Positions 37,244 to 46,405 of a stretch of DNA of 53,900 nt are shown here, in pieces (within the stretch, counting starts at the first letter, position 1; each line of letters begins with the position of its first letter). This DNA is from an uncultured Oligoflexus sp. (lineage in GTDB: Bacteria; Bdellovibrionota_B; Oligoflexia; Oligoflexales; Oligoflexaceae). A program made the translations under genes and the position numbers. The notes beneath the pieces are model-generated. The model worked only from the letters and a program-made list of their open reading frames with translations. It did not search any database and was not told the DNA's origin. The stretch is from the NCBI GenBank assembly GCA_964236955.1, contig CAXSGP010000001.1:1-53900 (forward strand). Direction: 5' to 3'.

Positions 37244-39574
37244 TTAATGCGAACAGCTTGTCCCATCCCAATTGTCAGCGGGGTCGAGACAACGACAGAC
37301 GCCTTTATCCTGGATAATAAAGTTCGGCGGTGCCGGATTAATACAGTTGCAAGTTTCTACGGCGGGCCAGGAAAGGTTGTTTTCGATGGTCGTTCCTGAG
37401 CCGTGCTGGTCAAGATCCGGTTCTGTCACATTGAGCCTGATGCGTCCGGCCCAGCCATCACAGGACAAACCTGGGTTGGCGGCTATCACGGCGCCGCTAC
37501 AAACATTCGAGCAAGGCGGAGTTTCGGTATAGGTATAAATTGGATAGCTTTTCGCATTAGAGGGGTGATCAATGCCATTAAAATTGATGGTGGCTTCCGG
37601 ACTTCCCGTGGCCACGGAAAGCATGCGCCGGGTCGGTTCAAAGAAAAAATCATCGGGCTGAGTATAAATATGGGCTGTGGGACTTCTATCGCCCCATACC
37701 GGCTTGTGAAGTTCAACATAGTCGATCGAAATTTTAGTGCCACCTGCGAGGAGGTTGCCGCAAATGTCGTGGGCGAAAAACGCCAGCATCACCTGCGAAC
37801 CCAAAAGATAATCGGTGGCGCCTCCCGGCCAAAGTAGAGATTCATCAATATTCTTACGCCCCCAAACGTAGCCATTTTCGAAATCCCGAAGCGGATTTGT
37901 CAAATAGCCGTTGCCGGCCAAAATTTCTTGCGACATGAGCCCAAAGTGAGAAGGGCCCATGCTGATCGGAAACACTTCCGATTTCCAGATAAGGGCATCT
38001 GCATCCCGTTTGCCATTGGGAGCAGTATATTCGTCCCCAAGTAGATAATCTTTGTTAAGGGTGAAAACTTTATCGTCGTCGACGTCAACAAATGGGGTTG
38101 GAAGATCAATAAACCATTCACCGGTGGGATCAAAACCATTGGCACCCGCATCATAGGTCAATTCATCACCTGCATCGTAGACACCGTTTTGGTTTTTATC
38201 CCAGAATCCATCACCGCCTTCGTTATAGATTCCGTTACGGTCGGCATCATTAAAATACTCCTGTCCTCTGACCGCGTAGACGGCGGTGGATTGCCAGTTT
38301 CGGCGTAAATCCTTGTACTTAAGGGAAGGAAGCCCCTGGGCCTGGGCCCATGCCGCAATCGATGCTGGCTCACAACGCGTTTGAGCCGGCGAAAAGCCGA
38401 AACCAAAATTTATAATAGGATAGGGATAATTGTCGACCAGGTGAAGGGCATGGAGGGTGGCTTTAACGGTCCCTGTTTCAGCGTCGGCAACACCGCCTTT
38501 ATCCAGGGTATAGCGCCCCACTTCGGTGGCAAAGATAAGGGGATAGTCAGGTAAAGCGCGCCCATCAAAGCGGGCTCCAAGCTGGATCGTCAGGGCTAAA
38601 TCGAATTCACTGTTGGTGTTGTAGTAGCCTTTCAAAGTCCTCGCATTATCCTTATCAAAGGTCAGCGAGAAAGTCGTATAGTTGGTGAGTCCGGAAGTAA
38701 TTCGAATCACCGGACTGGTTACATGGTAGACCCGGTTTTCGGAGGTATCGGTATAAGTCGCGGAAACGATCAGTGAACCTAAAGTCACTCCTGCGCAGAC
38801 CGGCACTGCGAATTCTCCTGAACCTGAGCTAATGGAGGTATAGACTGCATATTTTTTGTTTGTTATGGGGTCGGAAAGAGTAGTCAATGGTTCTGTTTTC
38901 TTACCCAACTTGCTGCCTTTAGGAAAATCGACCTGAGTACCGAAAACCAGTTTTTCCCCGACTACTGGGGCCCCGGATTTTGAGAGTTTAAAATATATAT
39001 TAGTACAGTCAGAGGGGCCCGAATCAAGGGTGTTGAGCGTGAGAAGTTTATCGCCTTCGACGTTGGTTACGATACCGTCTAAGTCTGATCGAACATAGGC
39101 AAACTCAAAAACTGCCTTTTTGGAAATTGTGATTTTGGCTGAATTAGAACTAATGCCACCGGCTTTCACCACCACCGTAACCGATCCCTCATCCTTACCT
39201 GAGCAATAATTTACGGTAAGATCCCCTCCGGCATCACTCACTGTGGCTATCGGTGTAACGGTGCCCTTGTCCTGCATAACATTGCTAGGACTGATACTAA
39301 ACGCGACAGCGACATCACCGATAGGGGCACCGTCTTTTAGAGTTTTGATGGTTATGGGAATACAGCTGTTGGCGGCTGTATCCGAGGTATAGAGCGCGGT
39401 GCTTATAAGATCCGCGACCGTTATACTTGTCGCAGTACCGGTTCCTGTCGGTGGCGCCTCGGCAGGCGGCCCACTGCTTGTTGCCGCCCCCGGATCACCG
39501 CTGCGATCGTTTTCTGCCTTGCCACAAGCCGACACTAGGACCAGCAAAATCGAGACGACTCTCATTATGCGCAT
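37244..39574 (-). CDS. Surface lipoprotein with Ig-like (invasin/Big_1-like) domains, Ca-binding DxDxNG repeats and Cys-rich C-terminus
   Basis: Lipobox LVSA-C; KDGAPIGDVAVAFS..SDAGG..Y.SG..GSVTV; DADRNGIYNEG, DKNQNGVYDAGD; start 39574 or 39565. Confidence 0.72.
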   Translation of the reverse strand: MRIMRVVSILLVLVSACGKAENDRSGDPGAATSSGPPAEAPPTGTGTATSITVADLISTALYTSDTAANSCIPITIKTLKDGAPIGDVAVAFSISPSNVMQDKGTVTPIATVSDAGGDLTVNYCSGKDEGSVTVVVKAGGISSNSAKITISKKAVFEFAYVRSDLDGIVTNVEGDKLLTLNTLDSGPSDCTNIYFKLSKSGAPVVGEKLVFGTQVDFPKGSKLGKKTEPLTTLSDPITNKKYAVYTSISSGSGEFAVPVCAGVTLGSLIVSATYTDTSENRVYHVTSPVIRITSGLTNYTTFSLTFDKDNARTLKGYYNTNSEFDLALTIQLGARFDGRALPDYPLIFATEVGRYTLDKGGVADAETGTVKATLHALHLVDNYPYPIINFGFGFSPAQTRCEPASIAAWAQAQGLPSLKYKDLRRNWQSTAVYAVRGQEYFNDADRNGIYNEGGDGFWDKNQNGVYDAGDELTYDAGANGFDPTGEWFIDLPTPFVDVDDDKVFTLNKDYLLGDEYTAPNGKRDADALIWKSEVFPISMGPSHFGLMSQEILAGNGYLTNPLRDFENGYVWGRKNIDESLLWPGGATDYLLGSQVMLAFFAHDICGNLLAGGTKISIDYVELHKPVWGDRSPTAHIYTQPDDFFFEPTRRMLSVATGSPEATINFNGIDHPSNAKSYPIYTYTETPPCSNVCSGAVIAANPGLSCDGWAGRIRLNVTEPDLDQHGSGTTIENNLSWPAVETCNCINPAPPNFIIQDKGVCRCLDPADNWDGTSCSH

Positions 39575-39635
39575 TGTTACTACCCTCACGAAATGACTCA
39601 ATTGTTCCTTCGGAGTTCTTTTCGTTTTCATTACG

Positions 39636-39665
39636 GGTAAAAAATGCCGAAGGTAAAAAAGGCCG
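39636..39665. promoter_or_regulatory. Tandem direct repeat GGTAAAAAA(T/G)GCCG x2, putative regulator binding site
   Basis: Copies at 39636-39649 and 39652-39665; partial copies at 39696 and 39780. Confidence 0.45.
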
Positions 39666-39891
39666 TAAGCTTAAGAGAACTTGGAATTTTTCCAGGGTAA
39701 AAAACGATTTATAAGACACGAATAAACTTGCGCTAAATAGTTCATTTGTGGGGAAAGGCATAATAAAATCAGCTTATCTTAAAAAATGCCCGGCCATTCC
39801 TAAGCGCAAGCCTGGGTTTCGGGAATCCCCCATAACAAAAAAAGACCAGCTGGCGCCGATCCTTTTAAAATAAAGATTTAGAATGTGGGTA

Positions 39892-40944
39892 TTACACTTC
39901 GAACTGGATCAACGTCGACAAAATACGGGCGGCGATTGAATAAGGATTGGCATTTGCACCAGGACGGCGATCTTCAAAGTATCCATAGCCTAAAGTTGCG
40001 ACCTGACGGGGAATCCGGATCGAACAGCCACGGTCGGCAGTACCCGCACGGAATTGGTCGATGCTGCAGGTCTCATGATGACCGGTAAGGCGTTCCTCAA
40101 GACCCACGCCGTAGACAGCGATATGATCTTTGTGTTTCTTCTCAAGCAGACTGAGATAGTTTTCTATGGTCGCAGCCCCTTTGTTAGAATCGCGTGTATC
40201 TTTGGTCGAAACGTTGGTGTGCTGTCCGGATCCGTTCCAGTCCCCTTTAACTGGTTTGCAGTCAAAATTAGGCGTCCAGCCGTATTCTTCACCGATTCGG
40301 TAGAGCAACCAGCGGGCGATCCAGGAGTGATCGGTCGTCGTCAAAGCGTCAGCGGATTCTTCTTTCACACCGCGATAGCCGATCTGATATTCCCACTGCG
40401 AGGGCATGACTTCTGAGTTCGTTCCATAGATCAGAAGTCCAGACTCTATACAGACTTTGGTATGATGCTCAACCAAGGGGCGGCCAAAGATCACTTTGGA
40501 ACCAACCGCACAATAGAAGGGACCTTGGGGCGCGGGAAAGCCATTTTCAGGCCAATCCACCGGCGCATTATTTGCACCATTGATGACATATTCCTGTTCA
40601 AAGCCAAACCAGGCTTCAAGTTCTTTGCCGCCATTTTCAAGAACTTTTCTAAGCTTTGCCCGTTCGTTAGTCACGTGCGGCGTGCCATCTTCATTCATAA
40701 CTTCACAGAGAACAAGAAAGTTGCCTTCACCCCTTAGGGCATCTTTGACAATGCAGACGGGTTCCAGCAAAAGATCGGAGTTGTTTCCGGGAGATTGATT
40801 GGTCGAAGATCCGTCAAAGCTCCACTGCGGAAACCGAGAGAGATCCGGCTTGGCACCAAGGTTATGAAGGATACGCGTTTTCGATCTGAGCTGCTGAACT
40901 GGCTTCGTTCCATCGAGCCAAATATACTCGGCTTGTCCAAACAT
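39892..40944 (-). CDS. glnII: Glutamine synthetase type II
   Basis: AEYIWLDG, LRSKTR, WSFDGSSTNQ, WFGFEQEY, PQGPFYCAVG, NSEVMPSQWEYQIG, GDWNGSG, RLTGHHET, FEDRRP; 350 aa. Confidence 0.93.
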   Translation of the reverse strand: MFGQAEYIWLDGTKPVQQLRSKTRILHNLGAKPDLSRFPQWSFDGSSTNQSPGNNSDLLLEPVCIVKDALRGEGNFLVLCEVMNEDGTPHVTNERAKLRKVLENGGKELEAWFGFEQEYVINGANNAPVDWPENGFPAPQGPFYCAVGSKVIFGRPLVEHHTKVCIESGLLIYGTNSEVMPSQWEYQIGYRGVKEESADALTTTDHSWIARWLLYRIGEEYGWTPNFDCKPVKGDWNGSGQHTNVSTKDTRDSNKGAATIENYLSLLEKKHKDHIAVYGVGLEERLTGHHETCSIDQFRAGTADRGCSIRIPRQVATLGYGYFEDRRPGANANPYSIAARILSTLIQFEV

Positions 40945-41035
40945 CTGTCGGTTCCTCTCTTAGCCAACGGCCTAAAGTGCCAGACCTACATGACTGGCAT
41001 CCAGCCATTGAAGTGACTTAACTTCAACGTCCCGG

Positions 41036-41063
41036 ATCTTACCTCTCTGGGCCCGAAGGTCAA
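41036..41063 (-). promoter_or_regulatory. Sigma70-like promoter of glnII
   Basis: Minus strand TTGACC-N16-TAAGAT, downstream of the dusB terminator. Confidence 0.5.
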
Positions 41064-41095
41064 GTGAGCCCCCAGGAAAAAATCAGGATTGTGAC

Positions 41096-41122
41096 AAAAG
41101 ACAAGCCACCAGATGGTAGCTT
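41096..41122 (-). terminator. Intrinsic terminator after dusB
   Basis: Minus strand AAGCTACC-atct-GGTGGCTT followed by GTCTTTT. Confidence 0.55.
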
Positions 41123-41135
41123 TTAAACTTACAGA

Positions 41136-42248
41136 TTAAACCCTTTCAGATTCTTGCAAAGTTTCCATGGCATCGTCTCCAACACCCCTATCCAGGCTTC
41201 TGTCCATGTCATACTTAGGATCCCACGCAAATCGCGTCTCTGATTCACCCTGAATAATGCTCGATCGATGAGTGACGCCGCGTTCCCTTAAACCCTGGGT
41301 GAACATTCGAACCAGTCCCGTTGCATCCCGAAGGCTTCCGGCGGCATTGACCGCTTCGCGGAAAGGTTTGACCCCATTCCAGCCTTTTGCATACCACAGC
41401 AGATGCTTGCGCATGCATACCGCAGCACCCACCGCTTCGCCATATTCGGCCGACTGCCAGGCAAGGTGCTGCAGGAGGGTCGTCTCCCAATCATCGACTT
41501 CCACGCTGGCATCGCCGCTTCTTAACTCGGCAAAAAGCCAAGGGTTGCCAAGGGCACCGCGACTGACCATCAGGCCGTCGACGCCCGTTTTTGCAAGCAT
41601 GCGATCAGCATCGCTCTTTTGAAAGATATTGCCATTGCCAAACACAGGAATATTGACGGAAGCCTTCACCCGGCGTATGCCCTCGAGATCGACTGGAATT
41701 CCATAATCATCGGCGCGGGTTCGACCGTGAATGGTCATCCAGGCCGCGCCGCCGGCTTCGATAGCCTGCGCGACTTCAACTTCATTGCGGGTGGATTTAT
41801 CCCAGCCCAATCGAAACTTGGCCGTAACCGGCATATCCGTGGCCTCGACGGCCGCCCGAACCGTCTGCATAACCCGTTCGGGATCCCGCAGGATTCCCGA
41901 ACCGCAGCCGGTTTTAACCACTTTTTTAACCGGGCAACCCATATTGATATCGACGGTATCGAAGTTCATTTTATCAAGTATGGCGACTGCCCGACCGACC
42001 TGTTCCGCCGACGGGCCAGTAATCTGAACACCAAGCTTGGCTTCGCTTTCATGACGTTTGAGCATATCAAAGGTGCGCCTGCTTTCATAAAGCATGGCGG
42101 TCGCCGAGATCATCTCCACATAAGTAAGATCGGCACCTTTTGCAGTGCAGCTTCGGCGAAAGGGGTGATCGGAAACCCCGGCCAGGGGCGCCAGGACTAA
42201 GGGGGTGCCAGGCAAACCGAGGCGAGCAAAGGGATGAGGTTTTTGCAT
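41136..42248 (-). CDS. dusB: tRNA-dihydrouridine synthase (DusB/NifR3)
   Basis: LAPLAGVSD.PFR, DINMGCPVKKV, HGRTR, GNGNI, GLMVSRGALGNPWLF, MRKHLLWY. Confidence 0.92.
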   Translation of the reverse strand: MQKPHPFARLGLPGTPLVLAPLAGVSDHPFRRSCTAKGADLTYVEMISATAMLYESRRTFDMLKRHESEAKLGVQITGPSAEQVGRAVAILDKMNFDTVDINMGCPVKKVVKTGCGSGILRDPERVMQTVRAAVEATDMPVTAKFRLGWDKSTRNEVEVAQAIEAGGAAWMTIHGRTRADDYGIPVDLEGIRRVKASVNIPVFGNGNIFQKSDADRMLAKTGVDGLMVSRGALGNPWLFAELRSGDASVEVDDWETTLLQHLAWQSAEYGEAVGAAVCMRKHLLWYAKGWNGVKPFREAVNAAGSLRDATGLVRMFTQGLRERGVTHRSSIIQGESETRFAWDPKYDMDRSLDRGVGDDAMETLQESERV

Positions 42249-42509
42249 GGGCTGTCTAGCCTTTCGTCGACTCGTCACGATCATCATGACCGAGAGATTT
42301 CGTCTAATAGAACAAATCGGACTTACGCGCTATCTTTTTTGTCGCTGAAATAGACCGAAGTCCCTGCATTTTAAACCGCCGCCCCTATAGTAAGACGCAG
42401 TGTGCACCCTAAGTGATTGGTTTACCCTTGCGCCTAAAGCCGCTATGATAGGCCGCCTATGAATTCAGCAGCCTGCTGGCCCCAGTGATTTTGATCAGGA
42501 ACAGAGACC

Positions 42510-43784
42510 ATGCTCGATATTAAGTTTATTCGCGAGAACAAGGACCTTGTGAGCAAAGCCGCCAAGGACAAACGTTTTCATGTCGATCTCGACAGTTTGC
42601 TCAAAGACGACGAGCAGCTGCGATCCCTGCAGGCCGAAATGGAACGACTGCAGGCTGAACGCAATCGTGTATCCAAACAAATCGCGAGTGCCAGTCCTGC
42701 CGACCGTGAGACCTTAAAGGCTCAGGTGAGTGGCCTGAAGCCCCGCCTGGAAACCCTTGAAGTCGAAGTGCGAACGCTGAGTGCGGAAGTTGAGAGAAAG
42801 CTTCTGCTCGTTCCGGCCCCTGCCCGTTCCGATGTTCCCATCGGCAAAGACGATAGCGAAAACCTCGAAGTCAAACGTTGGGGCACCGTTCGCGAATTTT
42901 CTTTCAAGCCGCTTACACATATGGAGCTTGGTGAGAAGCACGATATCATCGATATTGATCGGGGCGTAAAACTCGCCGGAAGTCGCTCCTATGTCCTCAA
43001 AGGCTGGGGCGCACGCCTCGAGCAGGCCATCCTGCGTCTAACCCTGGATAAGTTGATACACAAGGGCTATATACAGCTTTCGATTCCAGTTCTCGTCAAT
43101 GAAGAGGCCATGACCGGCACCGGCTATTTCCCCGCAGGTCGCGATCAGGCTTATCTTGTGGAACGGGACGCCATGGCGTTGGTCGGCACCGCCGAAGTTT
43201 CCCTCACTTCCTTTCATGCGGGCGAAATTTTAAAAGAGGAAACCCTGCCGCTCCGTTATATGGCGATGAGCAGCTGTTTTCGTCGGGAGGCCGGCACTTA
43301 CGGCAAGGATGCTCACGGACTCTACCGCGTGCATCAGTTCCTGAAAGTGGAACAGGTCATTATCAGCAAAAATGATGTTCAGGGCTCGGAACTTCTTCAT
43401 AACGAACTTCTCCATAACGCTGAAGAAATTCTTCAGGACCTTGAACTCCCCTATCGCGTCGTCTATGTCTGCACAGGTGATCTGGGCCAGGGGCAGGTGC
43501 GAAAACACGATATAGAAACGTGGATGCCTTCGCGCAAGTCTTATTCGGAAACTCATAGCTGTTCGACCTTTCACGACTTTCAGGCGCGTCGATTGAAGAT
43601 TCGCTACAAAGATCAGGGCGGGACCAATCAAATCTGTCACACGCTCAACAACACAGCGATTGCGAGTCCCCGAGTCCTCATTCCCTTCCTTGAAACGCAT
43701 CAGCAGGAGGATGGATCCATTCGCATTCCCAAGGCTCTCCAGCCTTATTTGGGAACCGACGGGATCCGCGTCCCTTCCGTCTAA
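42510..43784 (+). CDS. serS: Seryl-tRNA synthetase
   Basis: MLDIKFIREN, N-terminal coiled coil, GTAEV, CFRREAG, GLYRVHQF.KVEQ, ETHSCS, HTLNNTA. Confidence 0.97.
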   Translation: MLDIKFIRENKDLVSKAAKDKRFHVDLDSLLKDDEQLRSLQAEMERLQAERNRVSKQIASASPADRETLKAQVSGLKPRLETLEVEVRTLSAEVERKLLLVPAPARSDVPIGKDDSENLEVKRWGTVREFSFKPLTHMELGEKHDIIDIDRGVKLAGSRSYVLKGWGARLEQAILRLTLDKLIHKGYIQLSIPVLVNEEAMTGTGYFPAGRDQAYLVERDAMALVGTAEVSLTSFHAGEILKEETLPLRYMAMSSCFRREAGTYGKDAHGLYRVHQFLKVEQVIISKNDVQGSELLHNELLHNAEEILQDLELPYRVVYVCTGDLGQGQVRKHDIETWMPSRKSYSETHSCSTFHDFQARRLKIRYKDQGGTNQICHTLNNTAIASPRVLIPFLETHQQEDGSIRIPKALQPYLGTDGIRVPSV

Positions 43785-43791
43785 ATCCCTA

Positions 43792-43815
43792 CGCGTGGCT
43801 AAGCCCTGCCACGCG
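43792..43815 (+). terminator. Hairpin after serS
   Basis: CGCGTGGC-taagccct-GCCACGCG, weak U-tract. Confidence 0.4.
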
Positions 43816-44175
43816 ATTAACGATTTTCACCGCCTATATTTTATAGAATCATGCCACTCTCCGAAAAAAGCGCCTCCTCAAGGCCCCCTGCCGGGGGTCA
43901 AAATCAAAATATGCCTTTTCCTAAAAATTGGTTTTGAAAGGGCAGCCCGTCGCTGAGCTTTTTCTTCAGCACCTTAAAATTAATTAAATTGGCCAATCAT
44001 TCCAATCGCTAGAATCGATGCCAACGCTTTGTTCCGAAAGCCTTACCTTCTCGAAACGATTGATGAAACCAATTGATTTAATTTTTGATTAATGCTCAGT
44101 TATCAAAAATCTCAAATTCCCGACGCTCAATAATTATTGACTCCATCCGATTCATTGGCAGCAGAGGATGGGTAC

Positions 44176-46377
44176 ATGGCACTTATCGAATATAAAAAAA
44201 TCACTCCAGGACTGATGTGGGTAGCAGTACCCTCCCGTTCGATCTATATTCAGTGCGGCTGTCCCGCTGACAGTGTCAAGCATATGATACAAAGTGGCTA
44301 TATTCGCGAGCAGAGCGGAGTGGAACTCGGGCCTAATACGATACTCCTCTCCGACCTCAGTATTCAAAATGGTCAGCTTTCTAACATGGCCGAATTTTCA
44401 GTTCTGCAGATGTTTTATCGGCAAGGCATGATCCTGCCGAGTCATCCTGGATTTACCGGACAAAAACCTCTCTTGATCGGTCACCCCGAACCGCTTGATG
44501 CCCAGCTCGATTATATTTTCCGAGGCAACTACGGTCTGACTGAAAGCGAGATCCGTGCGGCGGCATCCTCACCCGAAGAAGCGGAGATGCATATAAGGAT
44601 CAAACTCAATTTTGCTTTCGGCAAGATTCAGCCGATCGAAAGTATTATTCGCACCTTGCCACTGCTCGATCGCGAGATGGAAATAGGCAACGGCGTCTTC
44701 ATTCGTCGCATTGCCGTCAATCTCTTTGAATTTCGCTGCGACAACGAACGCCTTCGGATTGATTTAAACCTGGCGTCAAACGAATCCTACCGACCCACGC
44801 ATCGTTTTAAATTTCAGGATATCGTGCCTGAGTTCTTTTCGGTCATTCACAGCGGCGAAGGCGACGGCTGGGATATTCATAATCCCTCAATGGCATCGAT
44901 CCTATGCTACGGACCCGACATCTACCTTATCGATGCCGGACCCTTTATTTCGCATACACTCCGATCGTTCGGATTGAGTCTGAACTCGGTCAAGGGCATC
45001 TTTCAGACCCACGCGCACGACGATCATTTTGCAGGCCTCTGCGAATTGATGCTAGGCGATAGAAAAATCGAGTATTATGCTCCCAAACTCGTGCGCATGT
45101 CCGTGGAAAACAAACTCAAGGCCTTGCTCAACATTAACATGCCTGTCCTCACGAGCTTTTTCGCAGTCCAGGACTTTGATGCCCAAACGTGGAACAACGT
45201 CGATGGCCTTGAAGTCTATCCGAGCATCTCGCCGCATCCGGTTGAGACCTATTTCCTGAAATTCCGCGTGATGGGGCCCGATGGCTATCGCACCTATCAT
45301 CATCTGGCCGACATCGCATCCTTCGACGTCCTCAAAAACATGATCGAGGATGACACCTCTAAACCAGGCCTTACCCGTGCCCTCTACGACACGATCAAGG
45401 CCAGCTATCTCGAAAGGGCCGATTTGAAAAAAATTGATGCCGGAGGTGGCATTATCCATGGACAGGCCGGCGATTTCCGTGATGATAAATCAACCAAGAT
45501 CGTGTTCTCCCACAGCACCCGGCCCTTGACAATGACCCAGCAGATATTTGGCAGTCAGGCCCGCTTTGGCCAGACGGATCACCTGATTAAAGGCTATGTC
45601 GACTATCGTCATGAACTGGCTGCGCGTTCCCTGCATCATCATTTCCCGACTGTTCCCTACGGGGCGTTTTATGATCTACTGAATCAGGCGATCCTTAAAA
45701 TCGAGCCCGGCATAGCGATCTCAACGATCAGTCAATCGCCTCAGGATGTCTTCCTCATCATGAAAGGCATAGTTGCCCATCATAAGGTTTCGACTTTCAG
45801 CGATCTCGAATACCAGGCCGGCTATTTTATCAATGATGAACTGGATTGTCCTTTGGAGGAACTCCGCAGCAAAAGCTGGGCCGAACTTCTGCGGATACCG
45901 GCCGCAGTCTTTAGGGCCTTTCTGCTGCGCAATAATCTATTGGAGTCGTTTTCGAAGAATATTGAAAAAAGACGTCAGCTGGAACATAGCGAGTTGTTCT
46001 CGCCGATTCGCTATTCTCCGCTATTGCACAAGATCGCCAAATCGCTTGAACCCTTTGAGATCCAAAAAGACAAAGTGATCAAACATTTTTCAGGTCAATA
46101 CGTGTTCCTGCTCGACAAAGGCTCTATGGACCTTTTTAACAGTGATTACCTGGAGGTATTGCGGCCCGGCGACTTTTGTTATGAGGATAATGTGCTGCTT
46201 GCCGACAGCTCTCACAATCTCCAGCTCAGAGCGCTTGAGGATTCATTTGGATTTTTAGTCCCTCACGATTTGATCAAAGACATTCCAGCCGTGGAATGGA
46301 AACTTCTGGAAGCCTATAAACGCCGCAGCCAAGCCATAAGAAAAATTCTTGCCATCAAATCTTCATCGGTAGCCTGA
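44176..46377 (+). CDS. Metallo-beta-lactamase-fold protein with C-terminal cNMP-binding-like domains
   Basis: CGCPADSVKH, HSGEGDGWD, LIDAGP, THAHDDHFAG, SPHPVET, HLAD, IDAGGGIIHG; two degenerate cupin/CAP-like regions; ATG 44176 with GAGGA SD. Confidence 0.8.
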   Translation: MALIEYKKITPGLMWVAVPSRSIYIQCGCPADSVKHMIQSGYIREQSGVELGPNTILLSDLSIQNGQLSNMAEFSVLQMFYRQGMILPSHPGFTGQKPLLIGHPEPLDAQLDYIFRGNYGLTESEIRAAASSPEEAEMHIRIKLNFAFGKIQPIESIIRTLPLLDREMEIGNGVFIRRIAVNLFEFRCDNERLRIDLNLASNESYRPTHRFKFQDIVPEFFSVIHSGEGDGWDIHNPSMASILCYGPDIYLIDAGPFISHTLRSFGLSLNSVKGIFQTHAHDDHFAGLCELMLGDRKIEYYAPKLVRMSVENKLKALLNINMPVLTSFFAVQDFDAQTWNNVDGLEVYPSISPHPVETYFLKFRVMGPDGYRTYHHLADIASFDVLKNMIEDDTSKPGLTRALYDTIKASYLERADLKKIDAGGGIIHGQAGDFRDDKSTKIVFSHSTRPLTMTQQIFGSQARFGQTDHLIKGYVDYRHELAARSLHHHFPTVPYGAFYDLLNQAILKIEPGIAISTISQSPQDVFLIMKGIVAHHKVSTFSDLEYQAGYFINDELDCPLEELRSKSWAELLRIPAAVFRAFLLRNNLLESFSKNIEKRRQLEHSELFSPIRYSPLLHKIAKSLEPFEIQKDKVIKHFSGQYVFLLDKGSMDLFNSDYLEVLRPGDFCYEDNVLLADSSHNLQLRALEDSFGFLVPHDLIKDIPAVEWKLLEAYKRRSQAIRKILAIKSSSVA

Positions 46378-46405
46378 ATCGGGATCTGACCCTTGGATAT
46401 AGGGC

